From the human T2T-CHM13v2.0 reference genome, Homo sapiens: a stretch of 64,000 nt of DNA. Made by a program: the position numbers and the translations under genes. Within the stretch, counting starts at the first letter, position 1. Each line of letters opens with the position of its first letter. Shown here piece by piece: positions 12,260 to 24,630 of the stretch. The stretch lies in assembly GCF_009914755.1 (NCBI RefSeq), contig NC_060927.1. One strand, written 5' to 3'. The notes beneath the pieces are model-generated. The model was not told the DNA's origin, did no database searches, and worked only from the letters and a program-made list of their open reading frames with translations.

Positions 12260-14369
12260 TAATGACTAATGATGTTGAGCATCTTTTCATGTGCTTAATC
12301 GCCATTTGTATATCTTCTTTGGAGAAATGTCTACTCAAGTCCTTTTCTCATTTTTTGATTGGGTTGTTTATCTTTTTGTTGTTGAAATGCAGGAGTTCCA
12401 AATCCTGGGGGTTTCTTGACTGGTAATTTCCAATCCCCAACCACACACCTGTCAGGAAGTCTTAAAGATCCAGGTGGAGACCAACAGTCCTTTTGTAGGA
12501 GCCAGGAGGCTGGATGCAGAAGATGGTGGTAGATGAGGAGGGAACGGAAAGGCATCTAACACTCACCTACCCCTGCCCTAAATCCAGGTACCCTCTTCCA
12601 TTGAAGAAAAACCCACATTCTGCTTGTGGATGCTCATTACTCTTATCCACAGAAGCTCTGTTAACCTACCCACCACAGGCATGGAGGCCACTGACCTTCA
12701 TCCCCAACCACAGCTGCAGCAGAGTGGCAGGAATTCAAGGAAGGAGGAGCATGTGGTGTGGGAGAAGGAAGGGAAGAGGACCTGCACTAGGAGAGGATGT
12801 TTCCTCTCAGACAACCTACACAGGTGAGGAGGCAAAGCCTGCAAGGAAGAGACAGCTTATAGGTGAAATGACAGTGACACGGGGAGTGGGAGATGGGAGG
12901 GGGAAAGGAGGGAGGATGGGAGGGTTGGGTGAGAAAAAAATCAGGAAAGGATGAGGGGGTGAATATCAGAAAGGGGCAGGCAGCTGTAGCCAGATCAGGG
13001 GAGAAAGGCTTCCTGGTGCCCCCATACTAAGGAGAGAGCTGCAGACCTCTATTTTAATGAGTCACAATCTCACTTAGCCCCAGGCCATCTCTCACACTCC
13101 CCCTCCTCTCTGGCTTGTGGTCAGCAATAAGCATTCTTCCTTCATTGTCTATTCATCAGGCTACAGATAGGAGGCTAAGAGGAGAACACAAACACTTATT
13201 TGTACCACAAAAAAAGGGGGAGCCAGGAGGCCTGACCCTAATTCTCAGCAGTTAGGGACACACCGGAATAGCAGTGACAGAGAGAGGGCAAGTTTAGTGA
13301 GATCCATGCAACACCTGCCTTGTGGAGGGGAAGCAGGGCTGACAGTGGCGTGGCGTTGAGCTAAGTTTAGCTGCCTGTGTGATCTCTGCCAACACTCAGG
13401 GATGTGGGAGGGGCTTGGGGCAGGCCTCAACAAGCCTTTCCAGGGACCTCTTATTTCCTTAAATCCCACCAAAACTCAAGGACGGACTCCAACATCAACA
13501 TAGTCACTGGCTTTTGAGCAGTCTTTTCCAAACAGCTGTTGTGCAATTTACCATGTGGCATTATAGACAGGCTACCCCGCTGAGACTGAAAATGAAATCT
13601 TGGCCCAGATCCTCCAGCCTGCAGCACCCTGTGGTGAAAGGGGTGTCTCTGCCATCACAGAGAATGAAAATGGGCTACAGCCAGGCAGTGTGAGGGAGCT
13701 GGAGACAGCAGACTGGCTCCCGACCATCCTGGTCACACCTAACAGCCTTTTCTCTGATGGCAGTAAAACAGGAGCTTTTAAAGAAAAGAACCAGTGTTGA
13801 TGAGAAAAAGCTTAGGTTTCTATAATGAAATCAGATGTCCTTTTAGTAAAAGAGCTTCGACGTGAAGATTAAGTTAAAGAAAACAAGCATAACCCTTATA
13901 TCGATATAACCCTTATATTGATGTTCCCATTTATGCAGCCCCATGGGGATGACGCTGTGGTAATGTGACTAATTTTGTAGCTGCCTGGACAGGTGTGTAG
14001 AATAATAATAATGAGAATGATTCCTGTACTGTCTCCGGTTCACTACACAAGTCATTACCCCGTGAGGAACGGGTCCGTCACTTAGAAGACAGTGGGATGT
14101 GCTAAACTGGAGACTCTCAGGATGGAGAAACAGGGTTTCACTGCTGAAGAGAGGGTGGTGGTCAGGCTGGTGGGGAAGCACATGCCCATGAGGGAGGCAG
14201 TATTGGGAGGAGGCCCAGCAAGAGGCCACAGGAGGGAGGCCACAGACAGAGGCACAGTGTTTCTGCCCTGGCAATCCTGTGGGTTACCCAGGCACTAGCT
14301 GTCCTCTAGGAGGATTACAGTAGCCACAGGGTTCCAGGCAAGAGGGCAGAGGGAAAGAACCTCTGTGCA

Positions 14370-14460
14370 TACAGATGGTGCCTGTTTTCTGCTGATTTCC
14401 CAGTGCCCAGCATGGAATCTGGCATAGTAGGCCTCAATGTAGACGTGTTTAATGGAGGAG
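14370..14460 (+). mobile_element. L2 3' end fragment
   Basis: 'cccagtgcccagcatggaatctggcatagtaggcctcaat'. Confidence 0.6.
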
Positions 14461-14589
14461 TGACTGAGCAAATATGAAGGAGATGCTAGCAAGAATCAAG
14501 CAATGATCCTCTCCTAGAGGGATGGGGAAACCAGCTCAGGATCCAGATACAGCCTCAGAGAAAGGGAACAAGTGCAGGTGTTTGGGGAG

Positions 14590-15175
14590 GTGGGGAGGTG
14601 GCTTCTGTGATGGCTAGCAGTGACCGTCGCCTTCTTACATTCATGCCCTTGGGGAATCTCCTCCCTTTGAATATGGTCTGAACTTACCAGCCTGTTTGTA
14701 AGAAACGGAGTGTGAGAGAAGTAATGAGATATCACACAAAAGATTAAGTTACACATGTAGCAGCTTTCACCTTGGGGACTTTTTCTTCTCTCTTACTTGC
14801 TCACTCTGAGGGAAGCCAGCTGCCATGTGATAAGCTGCCCTATGGAAAGACTCGTGTGGGAAGAGACTAAGGGAAGGCTCCGGCCAAAGCCAGCCAGGGC
14901 CTGAGGTCCCCAGTCCAACAGCCCACAAGGAACTAAATCCTACCAACAGCCACAGGAGTGAGCCTAGAAGACAGTCCTCCCCCAATCAAGTCTTCAGATG
15001 AGACAGCAGCCCCACTGACCACAGCTTGACTGCAATCTCTTGAGAGTTCTTAAGCCAGAGACACCCAGCTGGGTCACACTTGATTCCTGACCCATAGAAA
15101 CTATGAGATGGTAAATATCTGCTAATTTTGAGATGCTAAATTCTGGGGTAATATTTACACAGTAGGGGTTTATAA
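14590..15175 (+). mobile_element. MLT1F-like MaLR solo LTR
   Basis: 'cttgctcactctgagggaagccagctgccatg', 'cagtccaacagcccacaaggaactaaatcc', 'ttcctgacccatagaaactatgagat'. Confidence 0.85.
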
Positions 15176-15545
15176 ACAAATGAGAGGTATGAAGCTACAG
15201 CTGATTGAACATGGAAGCAGCCCACTCACAAAACGAATTTCATGCTGACTCACCAACGCACTAAGCCAGTGCTTCTGAAATTCTGCAGAATTCTCCACCT
15301 GCAAATATAGAGGAACACATAAGGATGGAAAGATGCAGGTTATTTCAACGTGAGAGCTTTAAAATCCACATGAGTGTCATTCCTTTCAAAGTGGTCACCT
15401 TGGCTGAGAGTACATTTATTCTAGTAACACTATTGTTCCAACCACAACTAGAACGACTCTTAGATATTCCAGTGTAAGTAGCAAAGAGGGCGTTGGCAAC
15501 AATTCAATAGCAACAGATACTGTAAAACAGGAACGCTAAGACATC

Positions 15546-15939
15546 TTTCTTTTTTCTTTCTTTCTTTCTCTTTCTTTCTTTCTGTTTCTTCCTTCCTTCC
15601 TTCCTTTCTTTCTTTCTCTTTCTCTCTCTCTTTTCCTTTTTTTTTTTTTTTTTTTTTTGATGGAGTCTCACTCTGTTGCCCAGGCTGGAGTGCAGTGGCA
15701 TGATCTCGGCTCACTGCAGCCTTCCACCCACTGGGTTCAAGCGATTCTCCTGCCTCAGCCTCCCGAGTAGCTGGGATTACAGGCACACACCACTAAATCC
15801 AGCTGATTTTTGTATTTGAAGAAGAGACAGGGTTTCACCATGTTGGCCAGGCTGCTCTCAAACTCCTGACCTCAAGTGATCCCCCTGCCTCAGCCTGCCA
15901 AAGAGCTGGGGTTACAGGCATAAGCCACCACACCTGGCC
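15546..15939 (-). mobile_element. AluSx with expanded (GAAA)n/(GGAA)n tail
   Basis: Complete dimer; TSD taagacatc at 15537-45 and 15940-48; tail microsatellite about 15546-15658. Confidence 0.96.
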
Positions 15940-16686
15940 TAAGACATCCACTTTCTGTAGCTGCGGCTAACCCCAGTGAGCTCCGAGAGAGTGTGGCCCC
16001 AGGTACAAAGTCAGTGGAGGGCATCTGATACCTATGGAGCTGTGGCTTCAGATCACCTTCTGCTCTACTCCCTGAGGAGCTAGTTGAGTGTGTGTGAGTG
16101 GAGAAGACTCCTTGGGCCTAAACTAGAAGAGAGTTTCCCAGCTATAGACTGTATGCAGCAGTACACATGGGGTGTTCCAATAGATTACTAGTGTACCCCC
16201 AATACCCTGATTTCCAAATTCGAAAGCCTGGGGCATTACATGCTGGAGTTGGTTGTTGCATACTGGTGAGTTAAAGGCAGTGAAGGAGGTGTCCCCCAAC
16301 CCTCAACCTGAGCAGCTTCATAGCTATAGAGTACAGTACTGCCTGTCTAGATCAGGGATCTAGGCAGTTGCCAGAGGAGTCTGGCACCAGGGACCCAAGG
16401 TGTGACCAACAAAGAATGAGGGGACAGAAAACGTCCAGGCTTCCTAATCTCTGTCTTGTATTCCTGGGATACTTCTGGCTATTTGCTGCAAGGCAAGCAC
16501 TCTGATGGTACATGCTCTTTCTGCAAATTAGAGTCCCTTATTTTGAAATGCTTAACCTGAAAATATTCCATTGGATTCAAAATCCATTCCCTTATCACAG
16601 GAAATGTCAACATTCCCTTTGTCAATGAAACAAGAAGAAAAGTTGAATTCTCTTTTGTTACAATTTCAAATGTAACTTTTTGAATG

Positions 16687-16873
16687 GTTGTAAAACTGGT
16701 CTTAAAATTCGTATCCCCTTCCGATACAAAGTCAGTGATGGTGACTATCAAAACTTTGAAGAACTTATCATTTAAGGGTCTTGAGGAATTGTTACAAATC
16801 GTTACAGTTTTACAGTTGTAAAACTTGTCTTAAAATTCATATCCCCTTCTGATACAAAGTCAGTGATGGTGAC
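16687..16873 (+). repeat. 59-bp direct repeat pair (16687-16745 and 16815-16873)
   Basis: Three mismatches, two of them CpG transitions; 128-bp period. Confidence 0.95.
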
Positions 16874-18249
16874 ATACAAATTATGTCCATGGAAGCAAAC
16901 TCAAGCTTCTCATTAAAAGTGTTAGAAGATTTTCTTTGGAAGTTTCATACAAATTCAATAGTCACCATTATATAGGCAAATATAATGAAAATTTTCTCCA
17001 ACTCCCCTACAGATGCCTCCAAATATCTTTCAGTTCTAGCTTTTTACACAAATAGTGGCCTTTTCTATGTAATTATGATATGCAAAATGTTGGGAAGGAA
17101 TGGGAAGGTATAAAAGTTTCACTTCCCCAGGCTGCCCCAGGCATCTCTAACCACATCAGCTGCCTGGGCCCAGGGTAGCTAAGAGGGCATCCAACAGGCA
17201 GCTGGGGCGTTCAACCTCTTCTCCCACCAAAAGGACAGCTCCAGCCCCTAACGCCAAGGCCATTTGCCGTTTGTCCCTCACTGCTTCTCCTGGCACCACA
17301 GCCTCCAATGGAGGTGGGGAGTCTTCATCCTCTGAGGGTGGATTAATTTCTAGAAGAGCTTTGCATCACTCACAGCTAAATTCAAATGAATAAAACACAT
17401 TTTAATATAGCTAATAACATTTGGAATCCCGAAGAGGCATGACATAAATTGATTTATTATTATTATTATTATTTTTCCTAAATGGACTCTGGGGGCAAAT
17501 TTCCTCAGCCAAATGCTTTGGGTTTGCTTATAAGAGTCCTGTTGGTCCCCGTGGTTTGTAGGAAAAGTGTCAATTAGATTTATGAGAACTAAGATGCTTA
17601 ATTAAAAACATTCTCATTGCTTTATAGCTGTGCCTCCTCAGATACACAAAACAAGTTCTCTCAATAGAGGCTTCCAAGAGGCAACTAAATCAGTTTTACT
17701 ATTGTTTCTCATGAAGTTCTAACAATGAAGCTTATGGTTCATTAATGGCATCAGTCACTTAAGGGATTATCTTCATAAGGGAGTAAAAATGGTATCTTAA
17801 TGGTGTCAGCCAAGAGTCATCACAAAACATCGACATTCCCTGCTATTAATTCACTTCTATTCCATTTCAAGCTAAAGGTAGTGTGCTCAACCCTCAGCAG
17901 GCCTGCAAAATTCTTAGGAGAAACAGTAAAGAAGGAACAATGGGGGCAGGGCCCCACCGCAAAGGCAAGGCTGGGAATGCGCTGCCTCTTCCCAGAACTC
18001 CAGGGAAACGTCAAGATTTTCCTACTTCTTTGCTCGCTCCTTGTTTGTTTTTTCCAGTTTGTTTAAAATATATGTTTATTCATTCTTAATTATGAAAAAA
18101 ACATATGCTTGTTCCCCCCCAAATCGGAGCAGTGTAAACGAGGAAAGTCCTCCACCCATTTATTTTTTAATATTAAAGTTAATTAAAATTTGGTCTCCCC
18201 TCTGTTTTACTCCATATTTCTGGTTTTCCTCATGCTCTCTGTCTGTCCT

Positions 18250-18670
18250 GCTCCCGAAGCCTCCTGGTTGTGCACTCGGGCTCTCAGCCCAGATTTCTTT
18301 TGTGGGTTCAGTTGAGCCCCGGGGTCTCGGCGGCCGGCGGCTCCCCGCGGCACTGGCTCCCTCTTGTGGCTCTCTGCGGTCACTGCACACCCGCTGAACG
18401 GCAGTCTCTTCCAGCGGGCCCCGGCCTGGGGAGAACAAATCCGGGGACAGCGAGAGGGACAATCCCAACGCTGCCAGCAGTCAGTAAAGATTCTCCCTCT
18501 AACTCAGAAGCCGGCCCCAGGGAGCATTTCGGGTCTCCTCATACATGTTAGGGCTCCTCTGACCCCTGTCGTTCCTTAGATTTCTCAGGTGTTCCCTTGC
18601 GTGAGGATTTTCAAGAAGCATCAAGAATGCAGCCTTCAGGGTCCAGGGAGCGGGGGCGAGAGGGACGGAG
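18250..18670. promoter_or_regulatory. Small CpG-island-like promoter/enhancer candidate
   Basis: About 24 CpG in about 420 bp (hand count), GC-rich, in an otherwise CpG-depleted window; no repeat consensus recognised. Confidence 0.65.
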
Positions 18671-18673
18671 AAA

Positions 18674-19395
18674 GTGTGTGTGTGTGTGTGTGTGTGTGTG
18701 AGAGATGGGAGTGTCTGTGTATGTGTGTGAGAGAGAGAGATGGGAGACTGTGTGTGTGTACGCGAGAGAGATGGGAGAGTGTGTGTGAGAGAGATGGGGA
18801 GAGTGTGTGTGTGTGTACGAGAGAGATGGGAGAGTATGTGTGAGAGAGATATGGGAGAGTGTGTGTATGTGTGTGAGAGAGAGATGGGGAGAGTGTGTGT
18901 GAGACAGAGACAGAGAGATGGGGGGAGTGTGTGTGTGTATGAGACAGAGGGGAGACTGTGTGTGAGAGAGAGATGGGAGAGTGTGTGTGTGAGAGAGAGA
19001 GATGGGAGAGTGTGTGTGTGAGAGAGAGAGATGGGGAGAGTGCCTGTGTGTCCGAGAGAGATGGGAGATTGTGTGTGAGAGAGATAGGAGTGTGTGTGTG
19101 TGTGAGAGAGAGAGAGATGGGGAGAGTGCGTGTGTGTGAGAGACAGATGGGGAGAGTGCGTGTGTGTGTATGTGTGTGTGAGAAAGAGATGGGGACAGTG
19201 TGTGTAAGACAGACACAGAGAGATGGGGAGAGCGTGTGTGTGAGAGAGAGAAAGAGATGGGGAATGTGTGTGTGACAGAGAGATGGGCAGAGTGACTATG
19301 TGTGTGAGTGTGTGTGAGAGAGAGAATGTGTGAGACAGTGTGTGTGTGTGTGTAGTGTGTGTGTGTGTGCATCTGTGTTGGTGTGTGTTGTGTGC
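18674..19395. repeat. Compound (GT)n(GA)n-TGGGAGA minisatellite, about 720 bp
   Basis: Recurring 22-30 bp units of the form gtgtgtgtgt-gagagagaga-tggg(g)aga. Confidence 0.98.
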
Positions 19396-19624
19396 AAGTG
19401 TACTTGGGAAGAAAAACAAGAAAGAAGAGTTGATAGCGGCTGCCTCACGGCTTCCCAAGTCCTCTGGGGGGATTTAAAAATTCATTTGCTTAACAAACAG
19501 ACATGAAGCATCCAGAATACGCCAGCACTGGCGATGCCAGAATGAACCAGATATGCTCCTGCTACTAAGGTGCTCCTTTTATAATGAATGGAAGGAGAGC
19601 GTTTAGAAATGCTGGCCTAGGAAG

Positions 19625-19850
19625 CAGCGCTGAATGACAGAGTATCAGAAGCTCTGAGAGTGAATTCCTCCACCGCCACCCAGTATGGTGACCTTTGAGC
19701 AGGACACTTCACCTTCCTGAGTCCAATTTTCTCATCTGTAAAATGAAGACAAAAATACTCACCCTCATCTGTCTTCACTGGGCTGTTAGGAGGGTCAGCT
19801 AGTCTGATACATGTGAAAGTGCTCTGAAAATCACATGCAAATGCAAACTG
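19625..19850 (+). mobile_element. MIR
   Basis: 'gtgacctttgagcaggacacttcaccttcctgagtccaattttctcatctgtaaaatgaag'. Confidence 0.8.
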
Positions 19851-20341
19851 ATGCTGTATTTTCAATATAATTTGAGGGATCCTACCAAAAAAAACATACC
19901 TCAAAATGACTCTCTTACAGCATGTGACTGCAGTTCTCACCCAAAGAGTCACTCGGTGAGGAGTCTTCTTAACTGGGATAAGGCGTTGTTACCTGGAGAG
20001 CACAGTGTTAATCCACAGAAGGTAGTTTGCGGATTAAGCCCTCCATAGGCCACTCCTCCTGGGCAGGAGAGTCTCCTAGCTCTCCAGCTGAAACCCTGCT
20101 TCCTGAACATTGCGCTTGCCTAACAGCTCCAGCACCAAGATCGCACGGCCTCTACCCTGTCTCTCTTTCCCTAAGAGATTTTCCAAGCGCTGTCCCCATT
20201 TGGGCTGGGTGTGCTCTGGTTGTTTTTTTTTTTTTCCACAGCTACTACCACTCGGAGGGGGGAGGGGGTTCAGGGAAGATGATCCTTAGCTCACTCTAAG
20301 GATGATACAAGATTATCCTTGTATCTTGTATGGTACAAGAT

Positions 20342-20746
20342 CATAGTGGAGGCTGACAATGCCAGGTCCATATCTCCTTGGCACTCACCTCTGAATACCA
20401 ATGGTTCCTTACGTGAACACATAATTTTTCTCTGCTGAGGGCTGTTTTGGGCTTCCAGCAAATTAATGCCCCCATGAGCAGCCCTTAAGCAATGACAGAT
20501 GAGGTGCAGCTGGATAAATACACCAACTTCCTCATCCCTCAGGGCAGTGATTGACTCTGAGGAAGGCTGCCCAGTTCCCCAGTGGGTCTAAGCCCGGGTG
20601 CCCCACTTGCCTGAAAACATGCTGTTTATTGGCTTCCTACCTTCTCTGTCTCTACTAATGCTTCCTGGGTCCCCTTGCAAATAAACTACTTGCATTCAAA
20701 TCCTTGCATTGTGATCTAATTGGAGATGATAACCCAGTCTCAGACA
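20342..20746 (+). mobile_element. LTR16-family ERVL 5' LTR
   Basis: 'ggataaatacaccaacttcctcatccctc', 'aaataaactacttgcattcaaatccttg', ends 'aacccagtctcagaca'. Confidence 0.8.
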
Positions 20747-22495
20747 GCTGGGGCTAGAAGTGCTCCTGGGAAGCAGACCCTCGGGATGGGATTGTGGAAT
20801 TGGATCATTTATCAGCCCAATGGTCACAAGACCCCATAGCTGGTGTTGAGTGGAGTTTTGAAAGATTCTGTAAGATTCTCATCATACTCATTTTGCGGTT
20901 GAGTTCTGTAAGATCCTCATATGCAGTGAACTAAGATGGAGTCCTCTGGAAGGAGACACATCAGCTTATGCAATAGCTCTGGCACTTGAGCAATATGGTA
21001 GCAAAAGTCTGTAGAGATGGTTAGTTGTCTTTAGCTGTAATTGGAACCGCGAAAGAAGAAAATGACAGGTTCAGATCAGCCAACCATCAACTTAGAACAT
21101 AGTGTGGATGCCAGAAGGCTTCCAGGGAAGCATTTTAAAAACCTTCATCTCCTGCAGCTGGAAGGCAGATCAGGAAAAAAAAACAGGTTCAGGCCCTCTT
21201 TTTCAGAGTGTTCTAGTAACAAAGGAAGTTGAATTCACAGCCCTGGTGTATCTCCTATGGGAAGTGAGGTCCCTGATAAGAAAGATATAGGGCCCTGATA
21301 CCCAAGATGGGGAGCCTGGGGTGATGTTCCTGAGAACATGAACCCCCAGATTCCCAGGAACCACTGGACTGGCAGAAGTTAGCCCCTCTTAATTGCTAGA
21401 GGAGATGATTAGACAAAGACCTCCCCTGAGTCAGGTACCTTCCCAGACAATGTTTGCTGTCCTGAAGATCTGCTCCTGCCTCTCCCCTTTGCTGTAGATC
21501 AATTATGGTCAAGTCTCAGTAAGGTTCAGGCAGCGAAGCAGCATCCCTGCAAGGGAGGAAAGCCACAGGACCTGGGTAATAAATACTGGCAGGGACTGGG
21601 AGAACATGAATGGGAATGGATCTTGACAGTGTTGAGTCAGGGTTGGCAGGGACAGAAAATAAGGCTGGATAAGGAAGAGCTTAGTGACTGAGGATTAATA
21701 TCCTGGTAAAAAGCAAAGAGAATTCTCCCTTTACTACAGTAATGAGGCGTCCACTAGTTAGGGAGGCATCAGTGTCCCTGAGAACTTCTGCAGTGGTTCT
21801 TTTGCAGGAGATGCTGCCTTAGAATTGGGCTTCATAGTCAATGGGAATGATACCACGCTGGAATACCAAAGTCCAGGTGGAGGCACTGAACCATCAGAGG
21901 CAAGGTGGAAGTAATTGTCGTAATGAGAAGCACAGCAGAAAGACAACCCTGAGCCTTGACCTGCGGGGACCCCTCGGGGTGGCTGATAGACCATGGTGTG
22001 TCTGCAGGTGAGATCACGGGCAGCCAGTGAGGGCCTGGCTTGACTTATGTCACTGAAAAGATCAAGAGCAAGTGGGCAGAAGGCTGGTGTCAGCTGCTAT
22101 AATAAAAATCACAATCCCTCACCCAGTTTCTGCATGTGAGTCAGCTCTAAGATCCAGGACTCATTGATTGAAGGGGAGGTCAGGTCCCTTTGAGGAAGGA
22201 TGCTGCAACAAACCACACCAAATATCTGTGGTAGCTCTTCCCCCAATCCTCCCCAGAGACTCCTTTAGCCATTTACCTGAGTAATTCTACACCGGAGAAA
22301 GGAGAACCCCTAGATCTTTCAAGGACTATTAGACATAGGATCTGAGTGGACACGAATGACAGTTGACCCAAGCACCACCATGGCCCCCTGTTAGAGTGGA
22401 ACATACAGAACCTTGTGATAAACGGCCCACATCAGTCTCAAAATGGGCCTCATGGGTCCATGGACCACACAGTGGTCATTCTCCCACTCCAAAAG
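20747..22495 (+). mobile_element. ERV3-16A3/HERV16-type ERVL internal region relic (leader-gag-pro), no intact ORF
   Basis: Begins right after the LTR with 'agaagtgctcctgggaagcagaccctcgggatgggatt'; 22323-22352 translates GLLDIGSEWT, a decayed LLDTG aspartic-protease motif. Confidence 0.75.
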
Positions 22496-22620
22496 TATGC
22501 TGGTAAACCAGCTCTCCAAAAAGAAAGAGGAAAAAAAAAAAAGTAGGGGGAGAAAAAAGCCCTGATTTTCACATATAGCACTGGCCAATTTCAAGTCCCC
22601 AACATGAAGTCATTGCACCT
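22496..22620. mobile_element. MER63-like hAT fragment
   Basis: 'tgctggtaaaccagctctcc...aaaaagccctgatt...tggccaatttcaag...caacatgaagtcattg'. Confidence 0.5.
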
Positions 22621-22676
22621 GAAGTAGGAAAAAGCGCCTTTAGTCCCGAGTGTAGAAAGAGGATGGATCTGTTAAA

Positions 22677-22808
22677 CGACCAGCAGAACTCACTTGGGAG
22701 TTGGTCAGAAATGCAGAATCTCGGGCTCATCCCAGGGTATGAATCAGAACCTGCATTTTAACAAGATCCCAGGAAATTCATATGCACTTAAAAGATGAGA
22801 AGCCCCTG
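22677..22808 (+). mobile_element. MER5A1 hAT-Charlie MITE (5' part missing)
   Basis: 'agaaatgcagaatctcgggc...gaatcagaacctgcattttaacaagatcccagg...tatgcac...tgagaagcccctg'. Confidence 0.85.
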
Positions 22809-24489
22809 CTCCAGAACTATCCATAGATCCCCAAAGAGCCTCTATTTTTTTAGGTCTAAAGATTCTACAGCAGAGAGCATTTCTATTTTAAATGAATGAA
22901 GCTGTGACTTTCTCCAATATAGTTATCACTATCCCCATCATTGTCATCATCACTGACTGTCATCATTACCATCCCCGAGCAGGATCCATTAGATACCTAC
23001 TTGTTTCATGGACCATTTTTTATATTAAAAAAAAAAAAGCCCATAATAACCTGACAATGTCTTCCCCTAGCTGAGAGCATTTTGACAGATATTTTTTCGA
23101 AGTAATCAGAGTTCTTTTTTTTCTTTTTTTTTTTTTCTTGGCTGGTTTCATCCTTTGGCAGGGTTCTACAACTTATTTGCTTTCACTTAGTTTATATCAC
23201 TGTCCCTGGCAATCTCCACTTTCCCCGACTCCGCAGTTCACTCTTCATCTACCCCAACGCAGCCAGCTCTTCCCTCCCGGCCCCTCCACCTTACTCGAAG
23301 GTTTCTGCTATTGTCAGAACAGCCAAAGACAACAATGCTTCAACTGGCAGGAAACAGTCTTCACCCTCTCAGGATTTCCTATTATGTGATGTGCAGCCTT
23401 TTCCAGAAACACAATTGCATCTAAAAAAAGAAACTGCCTGGATTTACCTTCATCTCAACACAATGAGTCCATGGCCACCGTAGCCTTGAACGAGGGCCAA
23501 ACACTCCGAAGCGCAGAGACTCAGAATCAATGGAGGTGAAGGAAGCTGCTTCCCAGGGACTTCCAAGCAAGGGTAGGCAGCTGTTTGCTTATTCCCCATT
23601 CTTTTGTTATGTTGTTTGATTTTGCCAGTGAAGCTTGGGTAAGAGGAAGGAAAGAGGAAGAGAGGGGCTACGGACCAAGAGGAAGGAATGGAGGGGAAGG
23701 GGCTCAGGATGATCAGGAGTTGGGAGCTATAACTGTAGGGTGGAGGGGATGACTCGAGAGAAAAGGAAAAGTAGCAGGTGAGTTGTTGAATGAGGAAGGA
23801 TGAACTGGAGAAGAAAGAAAGGACAGCGGAGGTTTCACCATGATTTTTAGCTGTCTCTACATAGCTGGAATGATAGGGACCTCATAGCTGGGTCATGGTT
23901 TTCTGAAGTGGAGAATGAAGAGAGTTTCAATGTCAGTGCCAGGTCTGGCAGTTGTTTATTTCCTTCTTTACACCCCATCCCCCACCCCCACCCCCACCCC
24001 CAGTAGCATACCTACCTCTGGGAAGAGAAGTTCTCACCTCTATTCTCATTCCCTTCTCTGTGTAGGGAGAGTGCAGGAGAGTGGATGATGGAGGAGGTAA
24101 AAACAGTATCTTCAGAACTAGAGAGGATTTAGGTGTCTGTCCCAGTAATCTGAGACAAGAGAAAATAAAATGCAATTAAGTTGTGGGGAAGTAAATGCAG
24201 TTAAATAGCATTAGGCAACTGTTTCAGAAGAAATCCAGGCCTGAAAATAAAGACCTGGACTGGATACTGGAGGAAGTGATCCTGTAAGAGAGATGGGGAG
24301 TTTTCAGTGGTGAAGCTAGCAGGAGACAATGTGAAGAACATTTGTAATGACCTGGAAATTCAGGAAAAAACAGAGAACTGGTGAGAATCCAGGAGGCATG
24401 TGAGTTTGATGTTACCTGAAGAGGAATCTGCGGAAGGCAGCATGTCCTTCTGGGCCTCCAACTCTCACAATTCAGAGGTGAGCAGCCTC

Positions 24490-24630
24490 AGGCTCTAACC
24501 CCAGCTCTTCATTCCTTGCTTCACCTCTCTAAGCCTTAGTTGGGTTCCCCATCTGTAAAACCCAGACAATAACACCCATCTCATAAGGTGTTTGCGAGGA
24601 TTACAGGAGATGTAAATGAGAAGTGCCACT
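24490..24630 (+). mobile_element. MIR
   Basis: 'ttccccatctgtaaaa...tcataaggtgtttgcgaggatt'. Confidence 0.65.

Noticed and set aside
13889-13922. 17-bp tandem duplication (similar ones at 20866-20920 and 50164-50206)
   Set aside because: Ordinary slippage duplications with no further structure
18674-19395. Repeat-spacer-like periodicity suggesting a CRISPR array
   Set aside because: The 'spacers' are dinucleotide tracts, there are no cas genes, and the DNA is primate
18499-19458. 319-aa and 253-aa minus-strand ORFs and overlapping plus-strand ORFs
   Set aside because: They are translations of the (GT)/(GA) minisatellite (HT/SL/CV/ER runs), open only because the repeat lacks stop codons
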